This document shows positions 12,550-29,114 of a stretch of 64,000 nucleotides of DNA, one piece after another. The stretch lies in the NCBI RefSeq assembly GCF_009914755.1, contig NC_060926.1, one strand, 5' to 3'. The position numbers and the translations under genes are program-made. The first letter of the stretch is position 1, and every line of letters begins with the position of its first letter. The notes beneath the pieces are model-generated. The model searched no databases. It was given only the letters and a program-made list of their open reading frames with translations, and was not told the DNA's origin. This DNA is from the human T2T-CHM13v2.0 reference genome, Homo sapiens.

Positions 12550-13305
12550 AAAAGAAAGCCAGCGAGGTGATAAATACTATGGGAGCACAGATGACCATCT
12601 TTTTTCCTTGTCAGACAATCCCGGCCCTTTTATTTTTCCTTGTAGTTTTATTCTTCAGTCTGTAGTTCTCTTCTGTATCTCCTACAAGTTCCCCAGTGTC
12701 CTTCCAAATTTATAGTCACGTGTGGGACACAGTCCACTCTACAGGCTCTATCGGCATGGACTGTAGGGGGAGAATGACCCGCTTTATGTTGGAAGTCAAC
12801 AGCTCTGAGAATTAAGGCCTAAGACTCATAACTTAAAGCTTTCTCCACCTAAGCTCATTTAGTCTCTCCTTCCCCAAATGTCTTGAGGAAAAAAGCCATC
12901 TGCCTCCTTGTTCAGGACAGCCATGGGGTCATTTAAGACTCATCATGGAATTTTAACAACCTTATCCTACGCTGTGTGGACCAAGATGACCATCTGGCTC
13001 CTGTGATTGCAGTGGGGACCACATTGTACCTGGGTATTACAGAGGTGCAGCCATCTCCCCTCCCCCTGCAGCTGTCCAGTTCCTGGAAAACGTGCTCCCA
13101 GGACCTTCAGCTGCTTGTGACTAGATGGAGGCTTTCACACTAATCCACTAATCCTCTCTGCCACAAACATCATAAGCAGATCGTATAAACGTGAAGAGGA
13201 GAAAAAGACTTCAATGTTCCATATTAAAGAAAAAGCATCCTATGAGCTATTTATTGGCTGGAGATTGGTAGATGATCCTCACACTAAGGCATTTCCATGA
13301 ATTCA

Positions 13306-13467
13306 TTTTTTTTTTTTTTTGAGACAGGATCTCACTTTGTCATCCAGGCTGGAGTGCAGTGGTGTGATCACAGCTCACTGTAGCCTCAACCTCCTGGTTT
13401 CCAGTGATCCTCCCACCTCGGCCTCCCAAAGTGCTGCGATTACAGGCCTGAGCCACCGTGCCCAGCC
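13306..13467 (-). mobile_element. Alu monomer or internally deleted Alu
   Basis: About 160 bp of Alu, TSD catgaattca. Confidence 0.88.
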
Positions 13468-13546
13468 CATGAATTCAGCTTTAATACTACCACTTTTGCA
13501 GCACTTTGCATATTTTCTCTGATACTTCCAGAATTTTTCATTATAA

Positions 13547-13930
<384 letters not shown>

Positions 13931-14595
13931 TTTCTTTTTTAAAAATAGAGTTGAAAATTAGGCCAAGTATATTGAGAGTTCTAAATCCATTGTCAGGTAC
14001 ATACAACTGGCTTTTGCAATGAGAAACCTGATTACCCTGCCAACATGCCTCTCTATACACCAATTACATTCTACTGGGAGTTGTTCAACTCATGGTGACA
14101 CAGAATGTGTCAAATAATCCATGTAAATTAAGCCTTGCCATATCCATTGCAGAAGAGGGGTGCATTTACTGGGTTGGAAGTGGTGTCACCAGGACCAGTC
14201 AAGGCCACTCCTTAAGAAAGGTTCAGCATTTCGTCATGGTTTTATATCAGGTATATTTCGAGTTTATATAAAAAAAGAGTAAAACTGCAGAATCAAGTCC
14301 TTTGTTGCCTTCCTAACTTTTTAAACATATTCATCTATTTCTCTTTCAGCTGGAAGAAACGAATCTTAAGTGCAAGAAAAAAAATTCCTGTGAAAAACTC
14401 TAAGTGGGAATGTACACTTCTGAGATAGGATCAGACTACAGAATAGTGTTGCTTCTGCTTAGTGCTTAAGAAAATAACCAGGAAAATAACGATCTATTTA
14501 GTTACTATCCTGGAAGTCATGGTGTCCATACTGCTAAAGTGGGTCTATTCACTGATGGAGGACAGGAGAGTAGGGATAAAAACAGACAGGATCCA

Positions 14596-14889
14596 GGCCG
14601 GGCATGGTGGCTCAAGCCTGTAATCCCAGTAGGCTGTGGGAGGCGGAGGCGGGCGGATCATGAGGTCAGGAGATCGAGACCATCCTGGCTAACACAGTGA
14701 AACCCTGTCTCCACTAAAAATACAAAAAAAATTAGCCGGGCTTGGTGGTGGGTGCCTGTGGTCCCAGCTACTCAGGAGGCTGAAGCAGGAGAATGGCATG
14801 AACCCAGGAGGTGGAGGTTGCTATGAGCCGAGATTGCGCCACTGCACTCCAGCCTGGGCGACACAGCGAGACTCCATCTAAAAAAGAAA
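14596..14889 (+). mobile_element. AluY
   Basis: gagatcgagaccatcctggctaacac diagnostic, TSD aaa(a/g)cagacaggatcc. Confidence 0.93.
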
Positions 14890-16384
14890 GCAGACAGGAT
14901 CCCAGTCCAATGCAGACTTTCTGACTTTCCTATTTTAGATGAGTCAAGAGTCCTGATCCACAGTTTCAATTAAAATGACAGAAAGTCAACTGATTTCAGA
15001 GCCAACACCAAATAACACTGTGAAGGAAGTTGAGTTTACCTTTGAAAACCCCTACCACTTCAGGTGCACACTCCCTCTCCAGGACTCATACTCCCATGTA
15101 GACTATTCCTTTCTGACCAAGGAACTGGAGCTATTCTCATGGTCTGGAATGGGTCTCCTTTCCTGCCTACTTGCTAAAGTGTTTCTCTTCTCAGTCCCAT
15201 ACCCTTTGGATTAGTTGTGAGCCAGCCATATTGCATATTGAAGAGTTGGTAAGATTTGACTCCTTCTAACAGGTTCCCAAGCTCTATTGACCTGTAATTG
15301 CAAAAAAATACAAATAAACAAAACCCCAACAGCAACAAAGATCCTGAGGGAGTGACATTAATGGTAGAATTTTTAAGGTACAGCGGTAGCCCCCAAATGG
15401 GCCATTTTTCCTTCGTCTAATCTTATTGCATGGCAAATATAGACAGCAGCAGGCATTCCTGACTGAGAACCCTGGTGATGGCCTGATGGAAGCAGAGATG
15501 AGACTGTCTGATCCACTCCAGGCAGCATGGTCCCTAAAGGGCCCTCTACAGCTGGGAGCCTACCCTGTTCTGTAATAACAGCACATCAGCAACCTCTATC
15601 ATTGTGGCAATGGTAATCAATTATTTAAGTCATATTTCATTGATTGCCTTTATGTGCCAGGCATGTTGCCAGCCAATGCAAACCAATGATGAATAAGAAA
15701 TGGTTCCTCCCTTAGGGAGCTCCAGTCTGGAAGGGAACTCAGGCTCACTGAATTTTCTTATCCAGGCAACAAACTGTCCCAGGATCTTTTAAACAGTTTC
15801 CTGAGTGCAATGAGTATGTAACATTAAACTCAGAACAAAGAGAAGGATCTAGGAATGCAATTTCCTATGTGGCCAAGAGATGTGTTCCTACCACAAACGT
15901 ATTCCTGGCTTCTGAGGCACTTTGATCATTGTCACCCATGCAGCCATTTTTAATAGTAAATAGCTAAATATTCAGAAATAGGCACTTCACAATTATTTAT
16001 TTGATTTGGGTAGTGTCAGGCTAGGGAAACACTACCAGGACACCAAGACAAGAAGAGAAATGTCCCGGTATGGCAGGGGCCAGATGCGGGAGAAGGAGGA
16101 CCAGTTTTATCAAATGAGCCAGGTGGGTAATGGGAGTGAGTGGGAGCTTCAAGTCATGGAGAACAGACGGAGTGTTCTAAGAACTCAGCGAGGACACTCT
16201 TCAAGCCACGAGGCTGAGCTCCTAGAACTCTAGGAGACAGGAGCTAGAGGAGAGGTGGGCTCTCACTGGCCTGTGGAATAAAGAGGCTGATGAACCTTCC
16301 CAAGCGAGGGTCTCATAAGCAGGGAGGAAAGTATGGGGCTTAGAGGGAGAATCAGGCTGGTGGCCAGTCAGCTGTTGTTATTTA

Positions 16385-16900
<516 letters not shown>

Positions 16901-17159
16901 GTCAACTGTTCCTGAATCACATATAAGGTACTACACTATAGTGGTGCAGGCACTCTGTACATACAGCAAAGGGGCAGAATTACCATGTGCTGCCCATGGT
17001 AGTGATGGACACAAATCAAAGGCTTATCATTACCTGTGCAAAGTGGTTAAAATTCTGGCCAAAAAGACATTTTCAGTCCCAACAATGCAATCAGATGCTT
17101 GACCAGCAAAAGCAGTATACTTTCCAAATTATAGGTATCTGCATATCCACACATATACC

Positions 17160-18340
17160 TTAAAACTACTGGGGGCATTCAATTGCCAAATCAAATGGAC
17201 ACCTTGGTCTCCTTGTCTTGCTTGGTCACTCTGATTTATGTGACATTTCGTGTATTCCTTCATTGAGCTGTTCTTGTGCAGCTTCTCTGATTCTCGAGGC
17301 GCTCTTTCTTTTCCTTTGATGATTCTACCCCTTTCTGGCCACCCTTCAGAGCTGCTGTCACCCTAGGATCCAGCCTCAGTTTTCTTCTGAGGTCTCTCAT
17401 GTCCTCATCCACTCCCAACCATGACATCCATGACTGCTTCCTCCAAGTGCCACCCCCTCAGGCCACTGCGCCTGGGCATCTCTGCACTGTGGCTTCCTGG
17501 AGGCTCGAGCTCATATTTTATCTCACGGGCATCTTCAGCATCTAGGAAAATGCCCGGCATGCAATCACCACACAATACATGTTTGTTGAGCCAATAAGTT
17601 AATCCCTACTTGGATGTGCCTCCACCTTGACTGGCCTCAAACCAGAACCTATTACCTCCCCACCTGGAATCCAACGAGCACCCACCTGGTCCTCTGCACG
17701 TGGGTTTTGACTTCCTCTCTCTCCTCCCTACAGACAACAAAACTCCTAGCAGTGTCCATCTTATTTCTCAAGCTTTTCTTAAAATTCCTCCCTTTCTCCA
17801 TCCCTTGTGACGCTGCTTCGGTTTACATTTCATTTCTCACTGGCATAACTAACTCCTCTCTTCAGTCCCTTCTCCAGGCTCTATTTCCCACCTTGCTGCA
17901 GTCCCCCTATGATTTAAATTCCTAACACTGGCTGCTTCTTAGGGTAGACAAGGCTCTTCATGGTTGGCCTCAGCTGACTGCAGCTGCTGCCTGGTCCCAG
18001 CCCTGTAACTCAATACTGGAATGATGCAAAGTCTTTATAGTTCCACTTCTCTGAGTCTCGGCCTGGGCTGCCCTTCCTGCCTGATGCCCTTCTCCCTGTT
18101 CTCATTTATTACTCACTCCTCAAAGACCACCCCAAAGGGCACAGCTTTTTGGTGCTCAGTGACCTTATTGAATTACCCTCTGCTGTACCCATGTCTATTA
18201 GTGCACTTGCCACTCCACACTGGAATGATTAGTCTTCATGTCTGTCTCATCTGCCTACTCATGTGCTTCTCAGTTGACAGTACTGTCTGAGCCTTACTCC
18301 TTTCTGTATCTCCAGTGCCTTGGAGACACAGGTATTTATT
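17160..18340 (+). mobile_element. Degenerate L2 fragments
   Basis: ttgccaaatcaaatggacac, CT-rich body, tctgtatctccagtgcct near the L2 3' end. Confidence 0.6.
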
Positions 18341-18514
18341 TAATTGCAAAAAAAAAAAAAAAAAAAAAAAGAGCATTCACCCCTTCAAAATAGGAGACAA
18401 GACCTGCAAAGAGCACAGTCGATCCACGACTCCAAATGGAATGGAATACATTTAAAATACATCTGGAGTGGGCAGAAAAAGAAAAATGAGCTCAAAATAA
18501 GTTATAAAAGCTTA

Positions 18515-19167
<653 letters not shown>

Positions 19168-22100
19168 AATAACCACAATCTTTAAAGTTCATTGTCTATT
19201 AACTTTAAAAACAAAGGAATGGTTGGGCAGATTTGTCTATTATGGAATCAGACCAGCAGCAGGAAGGGCTCAATTGGAAAGTGCTGAGAATCCCAGGGCT
19301 TCGATCGGTTGTATGGGTGCTTATGAAATAAAAGTTGCAAGAATGAGTGAACATGTACTCCTGTTAGAATCCATGTACGACTTTTTAGCCAGAGCTTCTC
19401 CCAGAAAAAATCAGACTTTTCACAAATATATTTTGGTTAAAAGTATACTAACCCAAGGTAAGAATTTTTTTTTTTTCAAAAAAAGAAAATCTAATGTGTA
19501 TTTTGAAGAGTTTATACTCAGGCATAGTGGAGATCCCTTCTTTCTGTTTTCTTGGTGGGAAAGGCAGAAGCAGAGAGGTCAGGAGGAAGGAGATGGGGAC
19601 GGATAACAGCATGGTGGGCAGTGCCAGGCATGCTGGGTGTGTTTCTGTTTGAATGTCCAGGCTGTGACAAAGGGAAGTAAGGAATGCATGTTGGAGGGAC
19701 CCATTTCTCATTTGCCCTCATGTCTAGGGCCCAGAGGACCAGTCACTTAGGACAGCTGAAGCCAAGCAACTGTTGACATTTCTGGCCTTGTCTCCTCTTC
19801 TCCCTCACCAAAATGATATTAGCTGGGACTTCCTCACCTCCTATCCACAATGCATTCCCTGTTCCAGAAACATCTCAGGCTGCTGGATTACCAAGGCTGG
19901 ACCCAAACCAGGCTGTGCTCAGTCACTGCTCATTCCGCCCATGTGGAGGAAAAGGTTCAAGGGGATACTTAGAGTCTCATTTGTTCACTGAGGGCTCCAT
20001 AATAAAGTTCTGCTAAAAATGCATGTTGCTCCTGAACTCCTGCAGCCTGCGGTTTGGGACAGAGTGTTATTTTGGAGCATTCAGAGTTGCTGATGCTACT
20101 GTGCCCTTGTCCCCGCTTGGTGTCCAAACTGGAGCATTTCCTTGCTTTCTTAGAGCTGCCTTCACTTGAGGCCACAAAGGACTCGCACTATTAATGAGCT
20201 TGTGCACCAGACCAACTGCTGCCTCATAATCCTCAAAACAACCTAGAGAATTTTTTAAGAGGTGAAGAGGCTTTAGTGATTATCAAGACCAGCAGTTTAT
20301 CAACTTTGGTCTTGTTTTTGGCACCCCAACCTTTTCTTCAAAAGAGTCTTAAGTAAAGTTGTATCACTTATCCTTCCTGTGGGGATAGAGTTGCAAAAAT
20401 GCAAGTGTCACTCTGATGTCTCTTGAGTCAACTGCTCACCTGCTGTCAGTGACAGGGTGTGGGGTAATGGGATGAGCCCTGCAGAGCCCATGATCATAGG
20501 ATTAGGTCAGGAGGAAGACGAACTCCAGGAAAAAGCTCCCACAATAGTAGGGCTCTTAGCTAGAAGGTGGAAATTCATTCTAACAGAGGTCTTGTTCACA
20601 AGCATATTTAATTAGTGGCAAGAGCCCAGGAAAGGACTAAATTCTTGTAATTTAGGATGGTCTAAAGTATGGAAGGCTTTATGTACATTTCTGAACAGCC
20701 TTCTCCCCCTTCTTGGAGGCAGCTGTTTCAAGTAGCGACTGGTGCTCAGCCTCTGGAGCTGGCAGCGGAGCCCGTGGGTGTGGCGAGGTCAGAAGAGCTT
20801 TGCTCAAAGCCAGGGTGGGTGTGGCTGCCTCTGCAGCCCTGGCCCACACCCTTCCTCTGTGGACTGAGGCCTCCTCCTGCCCAAATCCAGAGAGGACTCT
20901 TAACTCTTCCTCCTGCAAGACTCAGCCCCAAGGCCCAGGAAAGCCCCAGTTGCTAACTCTGATTTGGCCCTTGTTGAGCTCTCCATGGACATGGTGGCCC
21001 CTGTGGACAGGGAGACAGGAGAGTGGATTCTGCTCTCCCCCTTCTTCAGCATCACGTTCCTCATTCTCACTCTCTCATCTTATTAATGGCGGCAAGAGTT
21101 GGGAAGATGTCACAGCATATGGGGGCAGGAGGCAGGGGCTATGCTTCAGACAGGTGAGTGATTGCAAAGGACAGGCTGATGAAGGGCCTGGAAGAAGGTT
21201 AGGAGGGGAGTGGGGAGGGAGCAGTGAGCCTCATCCCATGGTGCTGCATGCTGGGCTCCCACCTGCAATGCCTGGCCTCCTTCCTCTGCCAATTCAAATC
21301 CTACACACTTTTGAGAGTCCATCCCAAGTATCACTCCTCTAGAAGTCCAGCAGACATTCCTGCCTTCCCCGACCTTCCCTCTTCTCTGAACCCTATGGAG
21401 GATATGTTGTCTTGGACTGAGCCCTGGCAGATCTTCCTTCACCAGACTTCTGGACTGAGATGATGCATTAAACTCCTCTGTATCCTCCAGAGAGCCAGGT
21501 TATCAGGCACTAACCTAATGCAGAAGGAGGTGACTTAGTCTTAAGCTGTATCAGCTTCCTGAAGGCTCAAGTGCCTTCCTGGGACAGGTGGCTCTGTAGG
21601 GCTCTGAGACTCTCTGAACAGGTACCTCTATCACAGCTCCTGTCACCTTATATTGAAGTGACCATTCTCACTCCAGCCTCGCCCTCTGCAGGGCAAACTG
21701 CTGCAGTCACCAATCCATACTCCCATATGCATTTTGTTATTTCCAGGGCATTGCATAGAATTAACAGGGCAGGAACTCAACAAATGGACAGATTCCCAAC
21801 AAACCAAATGGAAATTAAGAGACTACTGTGAAGACACAGAAAAAAGAACTGGCTGATGAATAAGGAGAAGTGGGATTTTAAAAAGTTGTGATGCAAATTC
21901 CATTATAAACTGGAATCAAAGTCAGCATTAACTAATAGTAACATTAAAATTATTGCCCCAAAATGGGTAATTTTAAATGTGACTGTACAAGAAAAATCTT
22001 ATTTTTTCTTGTGTACGTTTAATCAGATTCTTGGAAATAAACTTTCTTTCTACTCTTGGATACTGCAAAAACTGGATATGCCCAAATCTAATTTTCATAT

Positions 22101-22429
22101 GGAAATAGTTGATATACTATTAGGATTTTTAATCTAGTATCACCATTTATAGAAATTTTAAATTTTTTTCTATTAAAGAAAAATGCATAATTTTTTGAGA
22201 AGTCTAGATGATTTCAGCCAAAGAAAAATGAAAGAGTTGATGAGTATTAATATAGAAATGGCCTCCTGGATACTGCAATTTGTAACTCTTAGATTTATGG
22301 CCGGTTCCTTAAGAGCAGGGAAATGGCTATTGCATGCTCCCAGGCATGATTCTTTTTATCCAATGATTCTAATACTTTTTCTATCTTTCCCTTATTACCA
22401 AAAAATAATGTCATTAAAATCTTTTTTAA

Positions 22430-22885
<456 letters not shown>

Positions 22886-23284
22886 TCATTCCTTAATCCT
22901 TTGTTAGAACTTTCTAGTCAATACATTAGAGATAGGTGCTTTAGACGTTCAAAGGATTTTATGCACATTAAGGTCAAATTCTGACTGAAGGGAAGACCCA
23001 CTGGGCACTCTTGACCCACTAGCCAGACAACAGGTGTAAAGACAGGGGCACATTTGGTGTGAGCTATGAGCAGTAGGCCACAGTGGCAGGCAGAGGAAGC
23101 TGGGTGCCCTAGACATGAGTGAGGGTGCTGGGTGTGTGCTGAGGTCACCCAGGCGCCAGGGAGAAGCCAGGGTGGCTGAGGGCTTTTAAGAACATGGACG
23201 CCTACTAATCAGTGTGACATTTTTTGCATTGCTCTCCGTAAGTCCTTTCCCTGTCCCACCCCACACGCTGAATCATTCTCTAGA

Positions 23285-23952
23285 ACAATGTTCTCTAACA
23301 GAAATATGTGAGTCGCCTATGTAGTTTTAAATTTTCTAGGAGCTATGTTAAAAAAGCCAACAAAAACAAAAACAAAAACAAAAACCCAACGAATTTTTTT
23401 GTTTGTTTGTTTTGAGACGGAGTCTTGCTCTGTCACTCAGGCTGGAGTACAGCGGTACATTCTTGGCTCACTGAAACCTCAGCCTCCTGGGTTCAAGCGA
23501 CTCTCCTGACTCAGCCTCCTAAGTAGCTGGGATTACAGGCGCGTGCCACATCCTGGCTAATTTTTGTATTTTTAGTAGAGACAGGGTTTCACTATGTTCG
23601 TCGGGCTAGTCTCAAAATCCTGACCTCGTGATCCACCCATATTGGCCTCCCAGAGTGCTGAGATTACAGGTGTGAGCCACTGTGCCTGGAGTTAATTTTA
23701 ATAATGATTTAATTATTAATTTAAATAATATAATTAGTAAATTTTAATAATATATTTCACTCAATCCAATATGTTGTCCAAATACTGCCATTTAAACATA
23801 TGAAAATTACTTATGATACTGCTTACATTATTTTAGTGCAAAGTGTTCACAATCATCTGTGTATTTCATACTTAAGCCTACCTCAGCTCAGACTCCCCAT
23901 TTCAAGTGTTTGACAGCCGCGTGTGCCTGGTAGTTCCTGGAGTGGACAGCAC
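23285..23952. mobile_element. MER33/MER3-type DNA transposon interrupted by an Alu
   Basis: tagttttaaattttctagg...ttaaaaaag and catttcaagtgtttgacagccgcgtgtgcctggtag...tggacagca termini. Confidence 0.75.
23394..23689 (-). mobile_element. AluS
   Basis: Full dimer with (gttt)n tail. Confidence 0.93.
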
Positions 23953-25342
23953 CAGTGGCCCTGGCTGGGCCAGTCCTTCGTATCTTGGGTGTTTCTGGCC
24001 CCACGCTCAGTTCTTCACTGGGCGAGTCTCCCAGGGTGGGACCCTCATATACTCAAGGACTTCACTGCTGACAGCTTGATTCATTTAATTCATTAGCTTC
24101 CCAACAACCAGGGGATATACTGCTGGCTCCTACATCTATGGGCACACGTGTATTCTTTTTAGTCGGGTCTCTTGAAATAGCCTGGAAATGTGCCCTTAAA
24201 CTGCAGGGGAAAAAAATCTGGGAAATGCCTTTTCCTGTAAAAGCTCTGATTTTACATGCATGCCCACAGCCACCACAGTCAGGGCTGCCACACAGGACAG
24301 ACAGGGAGGGGCCGCCCTTCCCTACTTTGCTGTGTTATAAATGAACATGTTCAGTTCCAACAACCTTAATAAGCAGAAGATTTCTCAAATGCACAACACA
24401 GTACTCCATTTCTACTTTTTTATTGGTAAGCGATGGGATTTCATTTGTAATGTATAATTCTGAGAACTCGTGGGCACTTACAAGCACTTTAATGCTCTAA
24501 GATGATTGAGGTGATGAAGAGACTGCAATAAAATATCTCTGAAACCAAAGATGATCAATCACAGGGTCGTTTTCCCTAGCCAGAGAGCTCTCTAGAATCT
24601 ATGAAAAGATTACTTACTGGAAAAATGAAAAAAAAAAAAAAAAAAAAACCAAAAGAAAAAACCAAAAAAAAAAAACTAAAAACAAAGCCCCAACCACTCC
24701 AACAGGGCTCTTTAACTGAACATTAGTCATCCCTTTCCCAAGAAAGACATTCACTCCTCACAGCCTGACAGCCTCAGACAACAGTTAGCTGTCCAAACCC
24801 ATTCAGACAAAATTGATTATTTTTTTTTTTCATGAGGGGTGCAGATAAAATTCTCAAATGAATTGCCTGAGAAGTCAGTTTGACATAATATCCCATAAAA
24901 TCTTTGCTGCTTGGAAGAACTATAAAAAGTTTCATTAACATAGAGCTTCATTCCACTCCAACTCTTTGCACCAACTTCATGGCACGTTAGAGCATCAAGG
25001 CTCAGGTGATTTACACACAGGGAGCAGAAATCATTGCATCTCAGCCAAAGAGTGTGCAATTTTAAGTCGGTTTATCTAACACTTCTATTACTCAAACTCT
25101 GCATTTAATATTTGCAAAAGGTCTAATGCAGGGTGTGCATCGGCATCCTACACAGTTATATCTGCACCCATGTGGTTTTCTACGAAGAGAAGAGAATCAG
25201 GTCAAACTTATTATTACACTTGTATTGCTCTTTCTTCCTTCTGTATTAGACATGGTCTCTGGAAGCCCAGAGCATGGACTAACAAGCTCTGCCACATCTT
25301 ATAGCACAGCATGTGCTTTCTAACTATGTAATAATGAAATTC

Positions 25343-25643
25343 TTTTTTTTTTTTCTTCTTTGAGTCAGGCTCTTAATTTGTTGCCCAGGCTGGAGTGCAG
25401 TGGCGCAATCATAGCTCACTGCAGCCTCAAACTCCTGGGCTAAAGCGATCCTCCCGCCATAGCCTAGTGTAGCTAGGACTACAGGCACGCGCCACCATGC
25501 CCAGCTAATTTTAAAATTTTTTTTGTAGAGATGGAGTCTTGCTATGTTGCCCAGCTTGGTCACCAACTCCTGGCTTCAAGTGATCCTGCTACCTTGGCGT
25601 CCCAAAGCACTGAGGTTACAGATGTGAACCAGCATGCCTGGCC
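25343..25643 (-). mobile_element. AluJ
   Basis: Dimer, TSD atgaaattctt. Confidence 0.93.
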
Positions 25644-26389
25644 TGATGAAATTCTTGATGGCTATAGGCAGGGACCTGCCAGCCTTGCAGTTTCCTTTGC
25701 TTTCCTCTTCTATCACCCATTTCTTTCTAAGGGAGTGAGGCCCTTGTCATACCCTGAACGTTTTGAAGGCATCAAGTCTCTTAATCCAACTTCTCTTCCC
25801 ACCTCGGAATCTCAGTCCAGGGCAAAAAGTCCACCTAGCTCTTGATAAGCAGAGACTAGAAGAAGTAGGAGAAAGCTGGCGAGGGCGTGTTTTACAAGAG
25901 TTCCATTCAGTTTCCTGCAGCTTTGAGAATCCTAAATGCCACATGGAGTCCTGCCGCCCATTCAGCTGGGCAGCACGGCAGGTGGGGCGAGATGGCCTTC
26001 CTGCCCAAATTCTGCCCAACTTCTGCCCATCACTGTCCTGGGTGTGGGAGATTGGGAGGGTGTGTATGTATGGTTGAGATTGTAGATATCTTACTTTGAA
26101 AAGGACTTTCCAACCCAAAGAGCAACTGTGAAGAGTCCAGAGTTTTTACAGAGAAAAAAATGCAAGTTTCAGGACTACAGAGCAAATATAGTGAGGAAGA
26201 GCAATTTGTAAAATACTAAACTAGGTTTCTGGACATACCTCTACTGTTAACAGTAATTCTTTATTTAAATAGGCAAGACATTCTGCTCTTGCAGAAAGGC
26301 CCTTGCGATCAGAATAAGAGGAAAATAGATCCTGGTAAGGACCCAGGTTCTGAGAACACCTTTTAGGGTCTGACATCTCTGCCAGGTGT

Positions 26390-26570
26390 GAAGAGCTGAG
26401 AATCAGTGGATCTGAGTTCTAGCCCTAGTTCTGGTGTTAACTCCTCAGCCATAACTTCCTTGTGCTTTCTTTACAATGAGGATAATAAAACCAGCTTTGT
26501 CTTCTTCACAGGCTATTGCTGAAGACAACATGATATAACAGAATTGGAAGTGCTTTCACAAACATTGTTT
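26390..26570 (+). mobile_element. MIR fragment
   Basis: ctgagttctagccctagttctg...aatgaggataataaaacc. Confidence 0.65.
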
Positions 26571-28733
26571 TATGAACACAAGGTAAGGTAGTGAACAAAT
26601 ACCTGACTTTGTGAATTTGCATGCTGCCAATATATGCACACCTGCATCATAAGGTCTCATTTACGATGCTCTATGTTTGTTTTTTTTCCTTTAAAAATTT
26701 TCTGTGTATTCCCAGCTGTTCAAAATATAATTCCAAGTGTGTATCATCTGTAGAATTGGGCCACTGCAGAGCACTATGTTGTTCCTGAACCTAATCCAAA
26801 GTTTCAAGAGCTAGCCCATCTCTGAACTTCCCACCAGCATGAAAACCCTAATCTAACCTGTGCAACAATAATCTCTAGATAGGCATCTCTCACACTTGCT
26901 TTTGGAGTACTGTTTTAGTAGCTTACTTGTGTTTTTTAAAGTTCATTTCTCCACCCACAGGATAGCTCCATATCTTCCAGCACCACTAATGAGTAAGTAT
27001 TAGGGCCAAGCTGGTATCTGCAGAGTGCTGACTGGCCAAGAGTCTGCCTGTGACTCATGCCTTAGGCTGTCCAGCATTGGGGTGCTGGGGGGCTGTAGCC
27101 ATAACATTTGCAGGATTTGGAAATTCCACCTCAAGCTCCAATCCCAGGGTGTTGATTCTGGCTAACCATGTTTATGCAAAGCAATCCAAGCACTTTGACT
27201 CACTTTGGGAATCTGGCATTCTTGGGCTTTTGATATTGAGACAGTGGAACACTTTTGTATCAGTTTAGGTCCTGCCAATAATTGCTATCCATTTAAGCAC
27301 TTGATTTTTTACATATTTACCAGCAATTTCCAAGGCTTTAATGGATAGAGTTAGCACTCTTCTGCAAGGAGAAATTGCTCCACAGTGCTAATAGTCGTGG
27401 ATTCACAGGCACTCAGTGAGAATATTTTAGGCATAAGCTTAGTTTTATTATTGTACCTTAGAGAAACCTTGTATTTTTAACTAGGTGGTAACTTTTTACT
27501 GTATTAGTTAATCAAAAGAAACATAAATATAACCAAAATGTTATTTTTAGTTTGTACTGGATTCTATAAAAATATGATTACCCATTCTAGCTTTATTTTG
27601 ATGTTAATATTTACATTTAAATAGAAGAAAAACAGTAAAGGGAGCACATCAATGTAAGAAGTGTATGGCTTTAGTAAAATATATAAGAAACTTTGGTAAA
27701 CAGGGATTTAAAAAACTCTAATCCCTTCACCAACTCAGAATGCCAGTTCCTTACAAAGCTGCATACCTGAGCAACCACACATGTGGTTTCTGTGGATGAG
27801 ACATTTAAATGATGCAATCATTTTGGGATAACAGTTATATAATATAAAGGTTTCACATGAGTGTCTAGCTGAAAAACCACTGCGTTTTCCTATGAATGCA
27901 AAGAAACCTCTGCTCAGGTGTTGGAAGCTGTGCCTCTCCAGCTGCCTGCCACCTTCCACCCCTTCACCTGTGGCTTCCGCTGGTTTCTGATGGGCACCCT
28001 TTGATCACTGGGGTCAGTTCAATTTCCTGGGCCACTGGGTCATGGGCAGGACATGAAAATGTAAGAAGAGGGACCATGCGGTTCACCTAAATGACACTCA
28101 TTTAATAACAACATCAAAATCCTTGATGTGACAGGACCTATCGCCTGGCATACTAAAAGTGGGGAGAGCAATTCTCTCATCTTCTGCTGTAGTTAATGAT
28201 ATCTTCCTAAACCTGCATTAATCATCAAGTGAACTTCTAGGGATAACGTAACTTCTGGGAGAATTTAAACTGAGATTGAATTTGTATCTCAGACGGTAGT
28301 GCCCACAGAGGTGGGCATGGCACAGGCTTCCTTCAGCTTGTGTCCCAGGTTTATGGGAGAACTCTTCTCCCTGTCCCTCAATTCACACACAAAAGTGCAA
28401 AACAGGATTATGGGCATAGGGCATGGGCAATTTCATCTACAGCAGTGCCGATCTCTGCCTCACTCTTTGAGGTCACCACAATGCTTTCCTTCTGTTCAGA
28501 ACCATAATGGTTTCTGTGTATCAATTGTTTGTGGGCAACTGCTGAAAGGGAATCGAGGGATAAACATGATTCTAACCAATCGCATTCTGTGGTGTCTATG
28601 GGCTTCCACCTGTTAACATGGGAAACTTTCTGAATTTAGGTTCATCCCCATCTTGTGGAATTGGATTTCCACCAAGGGTTCCTGCTCCTCATTTAGCGTG
28701 GAAGAAAGTGGATTTTGCAAATAACATTCATGA

Positions 28734-29114
<381 letters not shown>

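Noticed and set aside
20669-21463. Cluster of overlapping ORFs including a 209-aa plus-strand ORF
   Set aside because: Locally GC-richer sequence gives long frames on both strands. There is no recognisable domain, the track's start codon is not ATG, and I see no exon structure.
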